The notes: generated from the sequence alone by a model not told the origin. A stretch of DNA of 64,000 nucleotides from Gemmatimonadales bacterium (GCA_965249575.1 OZ252244.1:928001-992000), one strand, 5' to 3'; counted from the stretch's first letter, positions 1 to 11,090 are shown. Program-made: numbers and translations.

Positions 1-538
1 CGTTCACGGCGATGACCACCGTAGCCGAGTCGAAGGTCAACAGCCCGTTGTGCCACGCTCCCGCCGAGATCGGCGATGCAAGGGCCAGGGAGTCAACCCG
101 CGTGAATTCTCCCGTCTGCGAGGCGGAGTAGTGAATACTCGGAAAATCGGGACGATGGCTCAGGCGAACACCCGAGAACCCCTGCGCGCGCCGATCGTAC
201 AGCAGGTGAACGTAGCCGTCGGACTCCAGCCGAAAGGCCAGCTCCATCTCCGAGAGATCTACCACGTCGGTAGAGACGACCTCCTGGAAGCCCCACCACG
301 CTCCCAGATTGAGGCGATTCCCGGCAAGTGGCTGGGTGTTGTAGGCGAACTCTTGCGCCCCCACGACGCCCTTTTCGAGCGTGATCTTGGTCGAGGTCCA
401 CTCCGGGTGTCCGCGAAGGGCGTTGTGATACAGTGCGTAGGTGTGTCCGGCGAGGAGGCTCGCGCCCGCAATGACAGCCAGGTTCACGAAGACCAAGTCC
501 AAGTTGGCTCTGAACGTCCCCGGCCCGGTATGGGTCAC
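1..538 (-). CDS. Hypothetical membrane-anchored protein, runs off the window start (3' partial)
   Basis: Manual translation from GTG at 538 after GAGGAG RBS: MTHTGPGTFRANLDLVFVNLAVIAGASLLAGHTYALYHNAL..., open to base 1; hydrophobic N-terminal segment; not in ORF track because it has no stop in the window. Confidence 0.65.
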   Translation of the reverse strand, partial: MTHTGPGTFRANLDLVFVNLAVIAGASLLAGHTYALYHNALRGHPEWTSTKITLEKGVVGAQEFAYNTQPLAGNRLNLGAWWGFQEVVSTDVVDLSEMELAFRLESDGYVHLLYDRRAQGFSGVRLSHRPDFPSIHYSASQTGEFTRVDSLALASPISAGAWHNGLLTFDSATVVIAVN

Positions 539-780
539 GGTGTCTCCTCGTCGCTCCATGCGGACACTGCTACCTGTTGTCGTAGTTGTTTAGATGTCGA
601 GCGATGGCTTGGGCGCTGCTAGCTCGTACCGCTCCGTGTTGTGGTTTGGGCCTCGTGCAATACCCAACTCGCTCGGACCTGGAAACGCCATACGAGAGCG
701 CTATGTGCAGTACACGATCGACGGCCAGAGAACCCCGTTCGCAGACCTCGCAGTCCTCATACCCTCGACCCTCGGGAGCC

Positions 781-2595
781 TCAGTTCATGTCTGCCTGAA
801 GCCTAAGCATCGACGTTCCCTGAGTATCCCAGTGAACTGTGATCGTGGGATCTCCGCTGGCCGGTACCCGCACAAATGTTCCGTCGTCCGCGCCAGCAAT
901 CGCCAGACGCAAGCGGTGCCCCCGGCCGATCAGGACCGAGGTCGGCCAGAGCCGCAAACTCACGGTCTCCACCTCACCCGGCACCATCGGCTCCGCGTCG
1001 GCCCTGCTGAACGAATGGAATGCGGGCTCCTCGAAGGCGGGATCGGACGAGCGTTTTCGGTGGATCAACCGGAGGCCGCCTTCGGTCAGGTATCGGCTCC
1101 GCCCGCTCGGATCCACATCTTCGATGTAGGCAAGGACGGCCCCGTCCGCGTGGGTCGAGGAAAGCTTGAACGTGACCACGGGCGTTCCACTGATTTGCAG
1201 GTCGCGCTCGAGGGGAGCGGTGGTGTACGTCAGCATCCGAGCATCCATCGCCGCGCGATCGTTCAGGTTAAACACCGGACCGCCCAGCTGCGTCCGCCAC
1301 CGATTGTCGGCACCTGTGGAGACGCCGAAGTCGACGGCATAGTCGTCGCTCCCGGCGGAGGTTGGGGGGGCCCCTTCCAGGCGGTTACCGGACGTCACGT
1401 AGAACTCCACCTCACCAATACCCCGTGGTGGCCAGACGTCGGTCTCCCGGTACGCTTCCTCCCCCATGTTGTAGTACCGAATCGGCGGCCAGTCATCAAC
1501 ATCGTTCTCGATGCCCTTCAGGTGGCGATCGAAGAACTTCCGCCGCATCTCGAACTGTTCCTCGACACTCGGTGAGGGATCAACGGGCTCTCCCGCCACG
1601 AGGTAGGGGCTGGCGTGCATCCGCCCACCGTGATTCGACGCCAGGATCAATACTCTTTGCGGGTTGTCGAAATAATTGAACCGCTGAAACGTCCCCTCGA
1701 TCGTCCCTGCGTCGAGCCAGCTCACCAGCACGAGCATCGGGACGCCGGAGCGCGAGATCTCTTCGCGCCAGTGCACCGGGCCGGTCTCCGCATAGGTGAT
1801 GCCGCCGGCGAGGACGTCATCGCGATGCTCCGCCTTCATCACCGTCTGGTATACGTCTGGATTGCTGGCGTGTTCCGCCACAGCATCCGCGCGGAGTACC
1901 AACTCGACGTCTTCGTCCACCGGACGGACCAACGCCTTCATCACCTCCGGATCGTTCCGGTCCATCGCACCGACTCGAAATCCCCAATCCTCGATGAAAT
2001 TGGGGACCAGTCCGTACGGGCGAATCGGGCTTCCGTAGGGCTCGAAGTCCGACCATCCTGGGATCACGGCCTTGACCGCTGGATGTTCAACGGCCGCCAG
2101 CAGCTCCGCCGTGGTTCCGGTGTACGATGTCCCGTAGGAGCCGACACTCCCGCTCGACCAAACTTGCTTGATGACCCACTCCACCACGTCGTAGCCATCC
2201 TTTACCTCTCGCGGCCCGTACTCGACGGGGCGGGTGCCAAACGAGGCCCCGCTCCCCCGGACGTCGACGGTGAGGACGGCGTATCCGTGCTTCAAGAAGT
2301 GCCGGTCGAGCGTGCTCAATGACGGACGCGGGACGCCGGTCTCGGGATGAACGCCCGCACGCCAATAGCGGGTCAACTCGAGCAAGGCAGGCACGCGATC
2401 GCCCCGGCTCAGGTTGGGCGGTAAGTAGAGGTCCACAGCCAGACGCGTGCCATCCCGCGTCGGTATGTAGCTGGAGATGGGCTCGACATTCTGGGTCGCG
2501 ACTCCCCTGGCAGCCGGCACCGACAGGGCCAGAGCGACCAGAACGATCGAGGGTGATATTGGGAGGCCAGAACGCTGACGATTGGACAATTCCAT
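781..2595 (-). CDS. CocE/NonD family (peptidase S15-like) hydrolase, secreted
   Basis: IPTRDGTRLAVDLYLP, DVRGSGASFG, nucleophile GTSYTG, PepX-like C-terminal domain; start ATG 2595 after GGAGAG; signal peptide. Confidence 0.9.
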   Translation of the reverse strand: MELSNRQRSGLPISPSIVLVALALSVPAARGVATQNVEPISSYIPTRDGTRLAVDLYLPPNLSRGDRVPALLELTRYWRAGVHPETGVPRPSLSTLDRHFLKHGYAVLTVDVRGSGASFGTRPVEYGPREVKDGYDVVEWVIKQVWSSGSVGSYGTSYTGTTAELLAAVEHPAVKAVIPGWSDFEPYGSPIRPYGLVPNFIEDWGFRVGAMDRNDPEVMKALVRPVDEDVELVLRADAVAEHASNPDVYQTVMKAEHRDDVLAGGITYAETGPVHWREEISRSGVPMLVLVSWLDAGTIEGTFQRFNYFDNPQRVLILASNHGGRMHASPYLVAGEPVDPSPSVEEQFEMRRKFFDRHLKGIENDVDDWPPIRYYNMGEEAYRETDVWPPRGIGEVEFYVTSGNRLEGAPPTSAGSDDYAVDFGVSTGADNRWRTQLGGPVFNLNDRAAMDARMLTYTTAPLERDLQISGTPVVTFKLSSTHADGAVLAYIEDVDPSGRSRYLTEGGLRLIHRKRSSDPAFEEPAFHSFSRADAEPMVPGEVETVSLRLWPTSVLIGRGHRLRLAIAGADDGTFVRVPASGDPTITVHWDTQGTSMLRLQADMN

Positions 2596-2689
2596 CGTGA
2601 GCTCTCCAGGGAGGAAAGTGAGAATCGCTCGTATTCCGGTCGATCGGGAGCGTTTGCGATTGTTCCGCGTGTTCCCGACTCCGAGGCGG

Positions 2690-3991
2690 TCAGTCGTGAT
2701 ACTCGGCAGCAAGTTGAAAGCTGGTGAGGATGCCAAGTATCTCCTCGCGCCTGTTGAACAGGAACCGCAATCCCTCAGCTGTGAAGCACATCCGCACGAG
2801 GGATCTCAGATCGAGTCTGTTGTCGATCAGCAACCCGAAGACGATCTGCCACTTGAGCGGAATCTTGTTCTCGTGAGAGATTTCGAAATGTGCTCCAACC
2901 ACAAGACTGTCCGTTCCGTAAACCTTATCGAACCACTTGAAAATCGCTGCGCTATGGGCCGTGATATGCGGCACGATACTGGGATCGTCTACCTCCACCA
3001 GCCCGTCCTTGATCGTGAACAGCGCTGTAATGTCGAGGTCCGCAACATGGATGTAGAACTTCGGTAACAACCGCGCAAACACGCCGTACTGTCGCTTGAG
3101 TTGCTTTGCGTACGTTTGACCCGCGTCCTGCAATTCGACGAACGAGTTTCCGCTGGCGCGAGCCAATTTAACTAACTCGTTCCCTTTAACCGGTTGCTTT
3201 TCGAGCTCGGTGTGACCGGTCGACCTTGTATAACTGAAAACGTCACCGACCTCGATCCTCAGAATGCGCTCATCGATGGTTGCTAGATCCTCGGCTGACG
3301 TGATCATCGCCGAGTTCTGATGGAAACTCTCGGGAGCTTTGTAGTAGTGATAGGATGCAAATGGGAACACATGTGCCGGTTCAAAGAACATGTAGTTGTT
3401 CCTGAACGCCCGCTTGATTCTGCGTATTACTTCCTCATCGCCCGGGAAGGGATAGATCAATAGCTTGCCGGCATGATTGAAATTGGTGAGGAACACGTCT
3501 ATATGACCAAACTTGCGGCGTAGCATCCTTCTGGACCTTGGGGGGATATTACAGTCGTTGTAGTTGAGAATGGTCCCCTGGGTCGACCGGATGAGGAGCA
3601 TGTTGTCGATTCCGGTCGTCGGGTAGCGCGTGATTTCCACGTCGTCGGACAACTGTACAGGCGTCCGTTCGTCGAAGCGTACCACGTTCCGGAACCCGAT
3701 CCTCTCCAGCGCGACATCGAGTTGGAAATTGAACGAATGATTCCCGTACACGACGACGTCGGGGTTCACCTCCAGGACCCGTTTGAGCGTGGGGACGTGA
3801 AAGTGATCACCGTGAAAATGGGAAATCCACATGTGGGTTGCTGATGCGGCTAGTTCCAGCGCACGACCATTGTTGAAGCGCAACCCCCAGCCGCTCTCAA
3901 AGCACTCGCCGAAATACCATGGGTCGGACAGCAATCTGATGTCGCCAAGCTCGATCAACACGCTAGCGTGGTTGATGTAATGGATCTTCAT
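2690..3991 (-). CDS. MBL-fold metallo-hydrolase (UlaG / CMP-Neu5Ac hydroxylase-like, no Rieske domain)
   Basis: MKIHYINHASVLIE, DPW, SHFHGDHF metal motif, NYNDC, PFASY. Confidence 0.8.
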   Translation of the reverse strand: MKIHYINHASVLIELGDIRLLSDPWYFGECFESGWGLRFNNGRALELAASATHMWISHFHGDHFHVPTLKRVLEVNPDVVVYGNHSFNFQLDVALERIGFRNVVRFDERTPVQLSDDVEITRYPTTGIDNMLLIRSTQGTILNYNDCNIPPRSRRMLRRKFGHIDVFLTNFNHAGKLLIYPFPGDEEVIRRIKRAFRNNYMFFEPAHVFPFASYHYYKAPESFHQNSAMITSAEDLATIDERILRIEVGDVFSYTRSTGHTELEKQPVKGNELVKLARASGNSFVELQDAGQTYAKQLKRQYGVFARLLPKFYIHVADLDITALFTIKDGLVEVDDPSIVPHITAHSAAIFKWFDKVYGTDSLVVGAHFEISHENKIPLKWQIVFGLLIDNRLDLRSLVRMCFTAEGLRFLFNRREEILGILTSFQLAAEYHD

Positions 3992-4184
3992 CGTCCTTCC
4001 TGTGCTGCAGGCGCGGAGGCCGCCAACGGTTCGCGCGCCCGGCGAGTGCCCGGCCGGCATGAAATGGTTCCGGACGCGCCAAAACCGGCGCTTTGCACGG
4101 GACAGCGACCAGCGCCCAACGGTCGCGCGGGCTAGCTCCTAGATTAGGACGGCAGGTCACGCCTTCGGAGATTCGGAGCCCGAG

Positions 4185-5008
4185 ATGGTCCCTCAGGGTA
4201 TCGCCACAGTCACGGCTGGCATTTCACCGCGACGTCGCTGGCTCCGATTGCGCCTCCTCCTTGCCAGCGCCGGTAACGGAGAGTTGTATCGCGGCTGGCA
4301 ATCCATCAGGCGCCTCATTGGAGAGGCGTTTGACGGAGCCGGCTCGATTCAGATGACGATCGACTCCGCCACGATCCTACCGCTAGGTGACTCGGCCGCA
4401 ATCGCTTATTTCAGATACCGCTGGCTCCTGGGACCGGCCGCCGCCACCTCGGTACGCGGCGTCATGACGATCGTCTATACGCGAACGGAGACGGGATGGT
4501 TGGTAGCTCCCGAGCACACGAGCACCGTCCCTGAAGGAGCGGTGTGGACGCCAAATCCCTCAGAGATCGGCGCGGGGCCTCGTAACCCCGTCCGTCAAAT
4601 CGCCGAGTGCGTCGCTAGCCGCACTGTGGATGGCGACACCATCGAGTGTCGCGGCATCGGACGCGTTCGATTGATCGGCATGGACAGTCCCGAGCGAAAC
4701 CAGGATCCTTACGGCAAGATGGCGGCAGCAGCGTTGGCAGATCTCTCGCATCCAGGATCACCATCGAACTGGATGTAGAGGGGCGAGACCAGTATGGCCG
4801 CGTGCTCGCATACGTCTGGGCCGATCGCGTGATGGTCAACTGGATCATGATCCGTCTGGGATGGGCAGTCGTCCTGACCTATCCGCCGAACGTGCAATAC
4901 GTGGACTGGTTCAATACGGCTCAAGCATCGGCACGCGGTGATAGGGCCGGCCTGTGGGGAATCGACGGATTTCGCCTGCCGCGGGACCGGAGGCGTGGCA
5001 GATGCTGA
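4185..5008 (+). pseudogene. NTF2/SnoaL-like (DUF4440) + thermonuclease (SNase) fusion, frameshifted near 4750
   Basis: ...GVMTIVYTRTETGWLVAPEHTS then VDGDTI, RVRLIGMDSPE in one frame; DQYGRVLAYVW, NWIMIRLGWA, RAGLW in the other. Confidence 0.7.
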
Positions 5009-5077
5009 AACAGGCTCAGCCGAACGCAGCCCCGCGGATCCTTTGACGATCTTCCTTGACGGCCAACTGGCGTTCGG

Positions 5078-7000
5078 TCATGCGTCCGGACGCCGGGCAG
5101 CCTGGGCCCGCTCGCCCGCAACGCTGGACTCCTGCGGGGGCTCCACTTCAGGGATCGCCAATCGTCCAGCGCGCCGCAGGGCACGGCGCACGATAGCTCG
5201 TAGCTCTTCCAGGGTCCACGGCTTCGTGAGGTGAGGAATGTCCCCGCGAAGGTCGCTCCCACGAGGGATCTCGCCGGGCGCGTACCCGCTCATTAGGACG
5301 AACGGCACCCCCCTCCCCGAGTCCCGAAGGGCGCTGTACAGGGCACGTCCCCCGATCTTGGGCATGACCAGGTCCGAGAGCACGAGATCGACCTCGTCCC
5401 CGTGGACGCGGAAGAGGTCGAGCGCCTCCTCACCGTTCGCCGCCAGCAAGACACGATAGCCGAATGCCATGAGCGCCCGACCGGCTGACTCGCGCAACTG
5501 GGCGTCGTCCTCCACGACGAGCACCATCTCTTCATTGCCCCGGGCAGTTGCCCGATCGCCCGCCGTTTCGGTTGGCGCCTCGCCTTTTCCGGCAGCGACC
5601 GCCGACTGTGGCAGTAGTACATCTATGGTCGTCCCGCTGCCCGCCGTGCTACGTACGTCGATGAAACCGTCATGCTGCTTTACGAGCCCGTCGACAATCG
5701 CCATCCCGAGCCCGGTCCCGACGCCAGTGGCCTTGGTCGAGAAGAACGGCTCGAACACGCGTTCCCGCACCGACGGCTCCATTCCGGTACCGGAGTCCTG
5801 GATCGTGATGCAGGCATACCGGCCGTGGGACGGCCATACGCGGCCGTCACGCGGGCGATCCATCTCGCGCCCGGAGACGCCGATTGACAACAGCCCTCCC
5901 TCAGGCATCGCGTCTCGCGCGTTGGTCACGAGGTTCAACAGCACCTGCTCGAGCGCGCCGCGGTCCGTCGCACCGGCGGGACCTCGTCACCGATTGTGAT
6001 TTCGAAGTCGACGGTTTCGGGTAGGACGCTGCGCAACATCCTCTCGAACTCCTGAACCAGCGCTCCAGGGTGGAAGACCGCGAGGGCCAAGCGGTCGCGC
6101 CGCGCAAAGGTCAGCAGACGGCGGACAAGGGTCCGCCCGCGACGGGCCGCCTCTTGAAGCCCCTTGACCATCGCACAGTGGTCGCTATCACCCGACTCCG
6201 CCAGCTCGGTGGCCAGCAACTCCGCGTTCGTTTGCACGATACCCAAGATGTTGTTGAAATCGTGCGCGATGCCGCCAGTGAGCTCACCGAGCACCTCGAA
6301 TCGTTGAGCGTGACGAAGCTGCGCTTGGAGGGCGTGCACATCGGATACGTCCCGATGTAACCCCACGTAACTCACGATGCGGCCGTTCCGGGCCCGAATA
6401 GGGGAGATCACACCCTCTGCGTAGTATCGCGTGCCGTCGCGACGCCGGTTGATGAACGTTCCCGTAAAGCTCTCGCCCGCAACCAGGCGAGACCACATCA
6501 GCTCATAGAATGCGTCGTCGTGTTCGCCGCTCTTGAGGATACGCGGGTTGTCCCCCAGGGCTTCAGCGCGGGAAAAGCCCGTGATCGCCTCGAACGCAGG
6601 GTTAACGTACTGGATCCTGCCACCCGGGTCGGTGACAAGTACGGCCTCGCCTGCCTGCTGCACGGCCAGCGCCACGGCCCGCGATCCCGCCGCCGCCCGG
6701 CGCGGGCGACGAAGCACGACGGCGGCGGCACCAAACACGACGCCCGACGACACCACGGCGAAAAGGAAACCACGGATGGTCTGATAATGCGTCGCGCCAC
6801 TGGTTCTGGAGAAAATCGCCGACTGGACGATCCGCAAGCGCTATCCACAGCACGACGAACAGGACATACGCCGCCGTTATCTGCAGGGCCAACGGAGCGT
6901 CGAGCGCGCCCAAACCCGACGTCTCGATACCGACGCGCGTGCTGGTCAGCACCGGACGCGCCGGGCCAGCCGGAGGCTCTTTCGGGGCTTGCGATGTCAT
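5078..7000 (-). pseudogene. Membrane PAS hybrid sensor histidine kinase/response regulator, split over three frames
   Basis: TM segment, PAS (YVNPAFEAITG), H-box GGIAHDFNN, LLNLVTNARDAM, FEPFFSTK..GTGLG, receiver VEDD/DLVMP; frame changes near 6830 and 5950. Confidence 0.8.
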
Positions 7001-7272
7001 GGTACCCCCCACGGCCGGAACCCTGGAGACTCCGGCACTCACACCCTCCACAATGGGGAGTTCCGGAGAACGCGCTAGTGCGTTATTGGGACACTAGTGG
7101 GTGGACCTGGGACAGCCCCAATCAACGAGAGAACTGTTTACAGGGAATTGACTTAGGCGTCAGAAGTGCCGCCGGATCCGCGGGGCACCGTTGGTCAGTT
7201 CGGCTTTCTTCGCGAAGTGTTCGCCGTAGTTGAGGACCTTGAACGAACCCTGGAGCGCGCCGGCGGGCCTCG

Positions 7273-7707
7273 TCAATCCTCCGGCTGGTTAGGGTAAGGT
7301 GCACTACCAATCACCTTCGGTCGGGCCCGCGGCGGGAAGCGGAGCTCGAAGGCTCCCGGTCCGTAGTGCCACAGAAGCGCCGACGCAGCCAAGATCAGGA
7401 GGTCTCGTTCGAGAGCGGCGGTGATTCCGGCCGGGATCCGCACTGTGCCAATCGCTCCAGCGATAAGGACGATCAGTGCGGTGAGGGCTGCCCGGTGGCT
7501 GTATCCAAGAACTAATAAGCCACCGGCGACGACCTCGACCACGCCGGTCACGGGTCCCAGGATGCCAGGCAAGCCAACCCCCACGAACTTGGCTGTGGCG
7601 CCGGGCCAGTCGATGGCCTTCGGCACGCCATGCCATAGGAATATCATCGCTACTAGAACGCGACTGCCAAACAGGGTCAGGCGCACGGATTGAGCTCGAG
7701 TCATCAC
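7273..7707 (-). CDS. DoxX family membrane protein
   Basis: RVLVAMIFLWHGVPK, EVVAGGLLVLG, GPGAFEL; 4 TM. Confidence 0.85.
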   Translation of the reverse strand: MMTRAQSVRLTLFGSRVLVAMIFLWHGVPKAIDWPGATAKFVGVGLPGILGPVTGVVEVVAGGLLVLGYSHRAALTALIVLIAGAIGTVRIPAGITAALERDLLILAASALLWHYGPGAFELRFPPRARPKVIGSAPYPNQPED

Positions 7708-7861
7708 AGTCGCCTTTGCTCGATGTCGTTGACGTGTGTCATGGGATAACGGGACCGAGACTCACGGGGTTCCGGGAAATATTCGCCCCGAGTGGCGCCG
7801 AATCCTAGCGATTCGGTTCGCGCAGTGCGCTCGAGCCGGTTCATCGCCGAAGCCTTCCGGT

Positions 7862-7890
7862 TTGACACGCCGGACCTCCGTAACAATCTT
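7862..7890 (+). promoter_or_regulatory. Putative sigma70-type promoter for leader ORF and efflux operon
   Basis: TTGACA (7862-7867), 17 bp spacer, AATCTT (7885-7890), ATG at 7900. Confidence 0.5.
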
Positions 7891-7899
7891 GCCTTGACT

Positions 7900-8235
7900 A
7901 TGCCGAGCGCCGTCCGTGTACGAATCGCCTCTGCGAGCCTCGCGGTCGCCTGGGTCGCCGCGACCTCCGTCGCCGTCCCGGCGCATGCCGATCACGACGG
8001 GTACACGCGGCATGTTGAAATGGCCCACGGCGAGCACGACGTGGCGGTTCACGACTTCGACGCCAGGCCTGATGGACGCGCCGAGCTCGGCGCCGTTTAC
8101 GCCGCTTCGGTCGCCGATGGTGTTGACTGTACCTCGGCGCCCCACATCGCGCCCATGCCGGTTCGCGGCATCGCGTCCCAGAGTCGAGCACCTCCCTCCG
8201 CTCGACCTCGAGCCCCCCCCCGCACGACTTCCTAA
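7900..8235 (+). CDS. His-rich leader protein with C-terminal RAPP motifs (DUF2946/CruR-like candidate)
   Basis: Signal-like N-terminus, HADHDGYTRHVEMAHGEHDVAVH, ends SRAPPSARPRAPPRTTS; directly upstream of the efflux operon. Confidence 0.65.
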   Translation: MPSAVRVRIASASLAVAWVAATSVAVPAHADHDGYTRHVEMAHGEHDVAVHDFDARPDGRAELGAVYAASVADGVDCTSAPHIAPMPVRGIASQSRAPPSARPRAPPRTTS

Positions 8236-8345
8236 CGCCCGACGCGCGCGCGACCGGGCCCGTCGCACCGTGCGCGCGATTGCGATTCCCCTCCCTCCCC
8301 AGGACAGGATCGCAACCTCATTCCGGCGCTGGAGGTGTCGTGTAT

Positions 8346-9584
8346 ATGTCGAATCCGTTCGCCGTACTGCTGGTCCTGGTGGGTCAGACCAGCGCGCAGG
8401 AGCCATCCCGCCGCATCACGCTCGAGGCAGCGGTGGGGCGCGCCGCGGTCCACAACGCAGACCTGCGGGTCGCGCGTGCGCGCCACGTCGAGGCGGCCGC
8501 GCAGGCAAGGCAGTCTCGAGGCTTTCCGAATCCAGTGGCGCAACTCACTCGCGAGTCGCTGTCGGACGCCGGACTGGATGCGGGAGAGACCTACCTGACG
8601 CTGGGCCAGCAGCTCGAGTGGCCCTGGGTCCGTGCAGCTCGTTCCCGCGCCGCAGACTTCGGTACGGCGGCCGCGGAAGCCCGCCTAACGGCTGACAGCG
8701 CGCGGGTCGTGTTCGCGGTTCGCCGGACGTACGTGGAGGTCTGGGCTGCCGAGCGCCGGCTTTCCACAGCGGAACGCGTGGCGGGGATCTTCCGCCGCAC
8801 CGCTTCGCAGGCCGAGGCCCGCTTTGCCGAGGGTGACGTGTCTGGATACGAAATGCGACGCCTTCGGTTGGAGCTCGCGGGGTACGAGCGGGCGGCAGGC
8901 ATCGGGCGCCTCACGGTGAATGGGCTTGCTCGGGCATTGGGAACGCTCATCGATCCCGAGGATGTCGCGGCCGCGTTCCTGGCCGAGGGCCTCCCCAGTT
9001 TCACCCCGCTGGACATCCCGCTCGATCGACTCGAGCCGACGGCATGGCGCCGCCGGCCGGCGCTCGCCGCGGCGGAGCGCGGGGTCAGTGCCGCGCGAGC
9101 ACGGCTGACCCACGCGCGGCGCACTCGGCTCCCGGCGCCCTCCCTGGTCGGAGGATACAAGACGCAAGACGATGGGTTGAGCGGACTCTTCGTCGGCGTC
9201 TCCCTGCCCGTCCCGGTTTTCGACCGTCGCAGCGGTGAGGTCGCGGCGGCGGAGGCACGGCTCGAAGCGGAGGAGGCCGCACTCGTTCTCGCACGCCGGA
9301 CGCTCAGCGGCGAGCTGCGTGGCGCCCTGGAGCGGCTGCGGTTCCTGGCGGAGCAGTACCGGACGTTTCAGGAAGCCAGCGCCGAAGCCCACGCACTCGC
9401 AGACATTGCGATCGCCAGCTACGCCGAGGGGGAGCTCGATCTCTCCGGGCTGCTCGAAGCGGCAAAGACGCTCGCGGAGTTGGATGGCGTCGCCGTCGAG
9501 GCCACGGCCGACTATTGGATCAGCTACTTCGAGCTGGATCGCGCGGCAGGGGGACTGGCCGCCGAGGGAGGCATCGTCCCATGA
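8346..9584 (+). CDS. TolC family outer membrane efflux protein (CzcC-like)
   Basis: GGAGGT RBS; FPNP, ARFAEGDVS, GVSLPVPVFDR, YAEGELDL. Confidence 0.9.
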   Translation: MSNPFAVLLVLVGQTSAQEPSRRITLEAAVGRAAVHNADLRVARARHVEAAAQARQSRGFPNPVAQLTRESLSDAGLDAGETYLTLGQQLEWPWVRAARSRAADFGTAAAEARLTADSARVVFAVRRTYVEVWAAERRLSTAERVAGIFRRTASQAEARFAEGDVSGYEMRRLRLELAGYERAAGIGRLTVNGLARALGTLIDPEDVAAAFLAEGLPSFTPLDIPLDRLEPTAWRRRPALAAAERGVSAARARLTHARRTRLPAPSLVGGYKTQDDGLSGLFVGVSLPVPVFDRRSGEVAAAEARLEAEEAALVLARRTLSGELRGALERLRFLAEQYRTFQEASAEAHALADIAIASYAEGELDLSGLLEAAKTLAELDGVAVEATADYWISYFELDRAAGGLAAEGGIVP

Positions 9585-11074
9585 CCTGCCGAGTGTTCTG
9601 GGACGGGTGGCCCCTGGCCGTCGTGTTGGCCCTCGCCGCCTGCGGGTCGCAGGGAACCGTAGCCGAAGAGGAGAGCTCAGGACCTGCTGCCACCGCGGTG
9701 ACCGTCTGGAGTGACGCCGTGGAGCTGTTCTTCGAATACCTGCCGCTCGTGGCCGGCGCGCCGGGCGAGCCATGGGCCGTTCACGTAACCGACCTCTCCA
9801 CATTCAAGCCCGTTACCGAAGGGATCCTCACGCTCCATCTGACGGGGCCTGACGGGAACGCACAACGATTCGCTGCCGAGGTACCGGTGAGACCGGGGAT
9901 CTTCGCCCCGGCCCCCTCGTTGGCCACAGCGGGCCGATTCGATTTGGTGGTGGAAATCGAGAGCCCGACCGTGCGGGACCGCGTCCCGGCTGGCGTGGTG
10001 ACCGTTCACGCTTCCATTGACGACGTGCCGCAAGGCGGGGACGAAGACGACACCGGAGCGATCACGTTCCTCAAGGAACAGCAGTGGCCTATCCCCTTCG
10101 CTACACAACCCGCAGTGATCCGCGAGGTCCTGCGGGCGATCCGGGTGCCGGGGGAGATCGTGCCCGCGGGTGACCGGCTCGCGGGACTCGACGCGCCGGC
10201 CGATGGGCTCGTCTCACCGGAGCTGAATCGAAGCGACCCCATCGTTGGGGACCGCGTGCGACGCGGACAGCGCCTCGCGGTGCTGGCACCAGTCGACAAC
10301 GAAGGATCCTTCGCCGCCCTGGTTGCCCGTGTCGAGCGACTCGAGCGGGAGCTGGCGCGGGTCGAGCGGCTGCTCGAGCTGGAAGCCGTACCCGCCAGAC
10401 GCGTCGAGGAGACGCGGCACGACCTGGACCTCGCCCAGTCGGCGCTCGCCGCCATGGGAGGGCGGGCCGCTGAGGGGTACGGTTTGGTGATCCGCGCGCC
10501 TTTCGACGGCATCATCGCCGAGCGCCGGTTGGTGCTCGGCCAGCGGGTGGCGGCGGGAGACCGGCTGTTCACGTTGGTGGACCCCGATTCGGTGTGGCTC
10601 AGGGTACAGGTACCGGCGCGGGAAGCCGTCGAGCTCCATGTGGCAGTCGGCGCGACGTTCACCGTCGAAGGCGGCGATCGCCTTTATCGAGCCGAAAGGG
10701 CGGTGGCTGTTGGACACCTCATCGACCCAGAGCGTCGAACCGTACCCGTGGTGTTCGACGTAGCCAACCGCGACCGCTCGCTGCGCATCGGCGCGCTCGC
10801 GCAGGTGCGAGTGCTATCGCGGGAAGCGGTCTCGGGGGTGGCTCTCCCAGCGAGCGCGGTGCGGGACGAGGATGGCATTCCGGTGACCTACGTGCATACC
10901 GCCGGTGAGTCTTTCGAGCGGCGAATCCTGGCCCTGGGACCGTCGGACGGGGAGTGGGTGATCGTTCGCTCCGGAGTGGCCGGCGGCGAGCGAGCCGTGA
11001 CGATTGGCGCGTACCAGGTACGCCTGGCATCCCTCAATACGGGTGTCATTGCCGACCACGGGCACCCGCACTAG
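9581..11074 (+). CDS. RND efflux periplasmic adaptor (CzcB/CusB-like lipoprotein)
   Basis: Lipobox LAAC, FLKEQQW, IRAPFDG, IDPERRTV; ends ADHGHPH; ATGA overlap with TolC gene. Confidence 0.9.
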   Translation: MTCRVFWDGWPLAVVLALAACGSQGTVAEEESSGPAATAVTVWSDAVELFFEYLPLVAGAPGEPWAVHVTDLSTFKPVTEGILTLHLTGPDGNAQRFAAEVPVRPGIFAPAPSLATAGRFDLVVEIESPTVRDRVPAGVVTVHASIDDVPQGGDEDDTGAITFLKEQQWPIPFATQPAVIREVLRAIRVPGEIVPAGDRLAGLDAPADGLVSPELNRSDPIVGDRVRRGQRLAVLAPVDNEGSFAALVARVERLERELARVERLLELEAVPARRVEETRHDLDLAQSALAAMGGRAAEGYGLVIRAPFDGIIAERRLVLGQRVAAGDRLFTLVDPDSVWLRVQVPAREAVELHVAVGATFTVEGGDRLYRAERAVAVGHLIDPERRTVPVVFDVANRDRSLRIGALAQVRVLSREAVSGVALPASAVRDEDGIPVTYVHTAGESFERRILALGPSDGEWVIVRSGVAGGERAVTIGAYQVRLASLNTGVIADHGHPH

Positions 11075-11090
11075 GGAGAAAGGCACCGCG

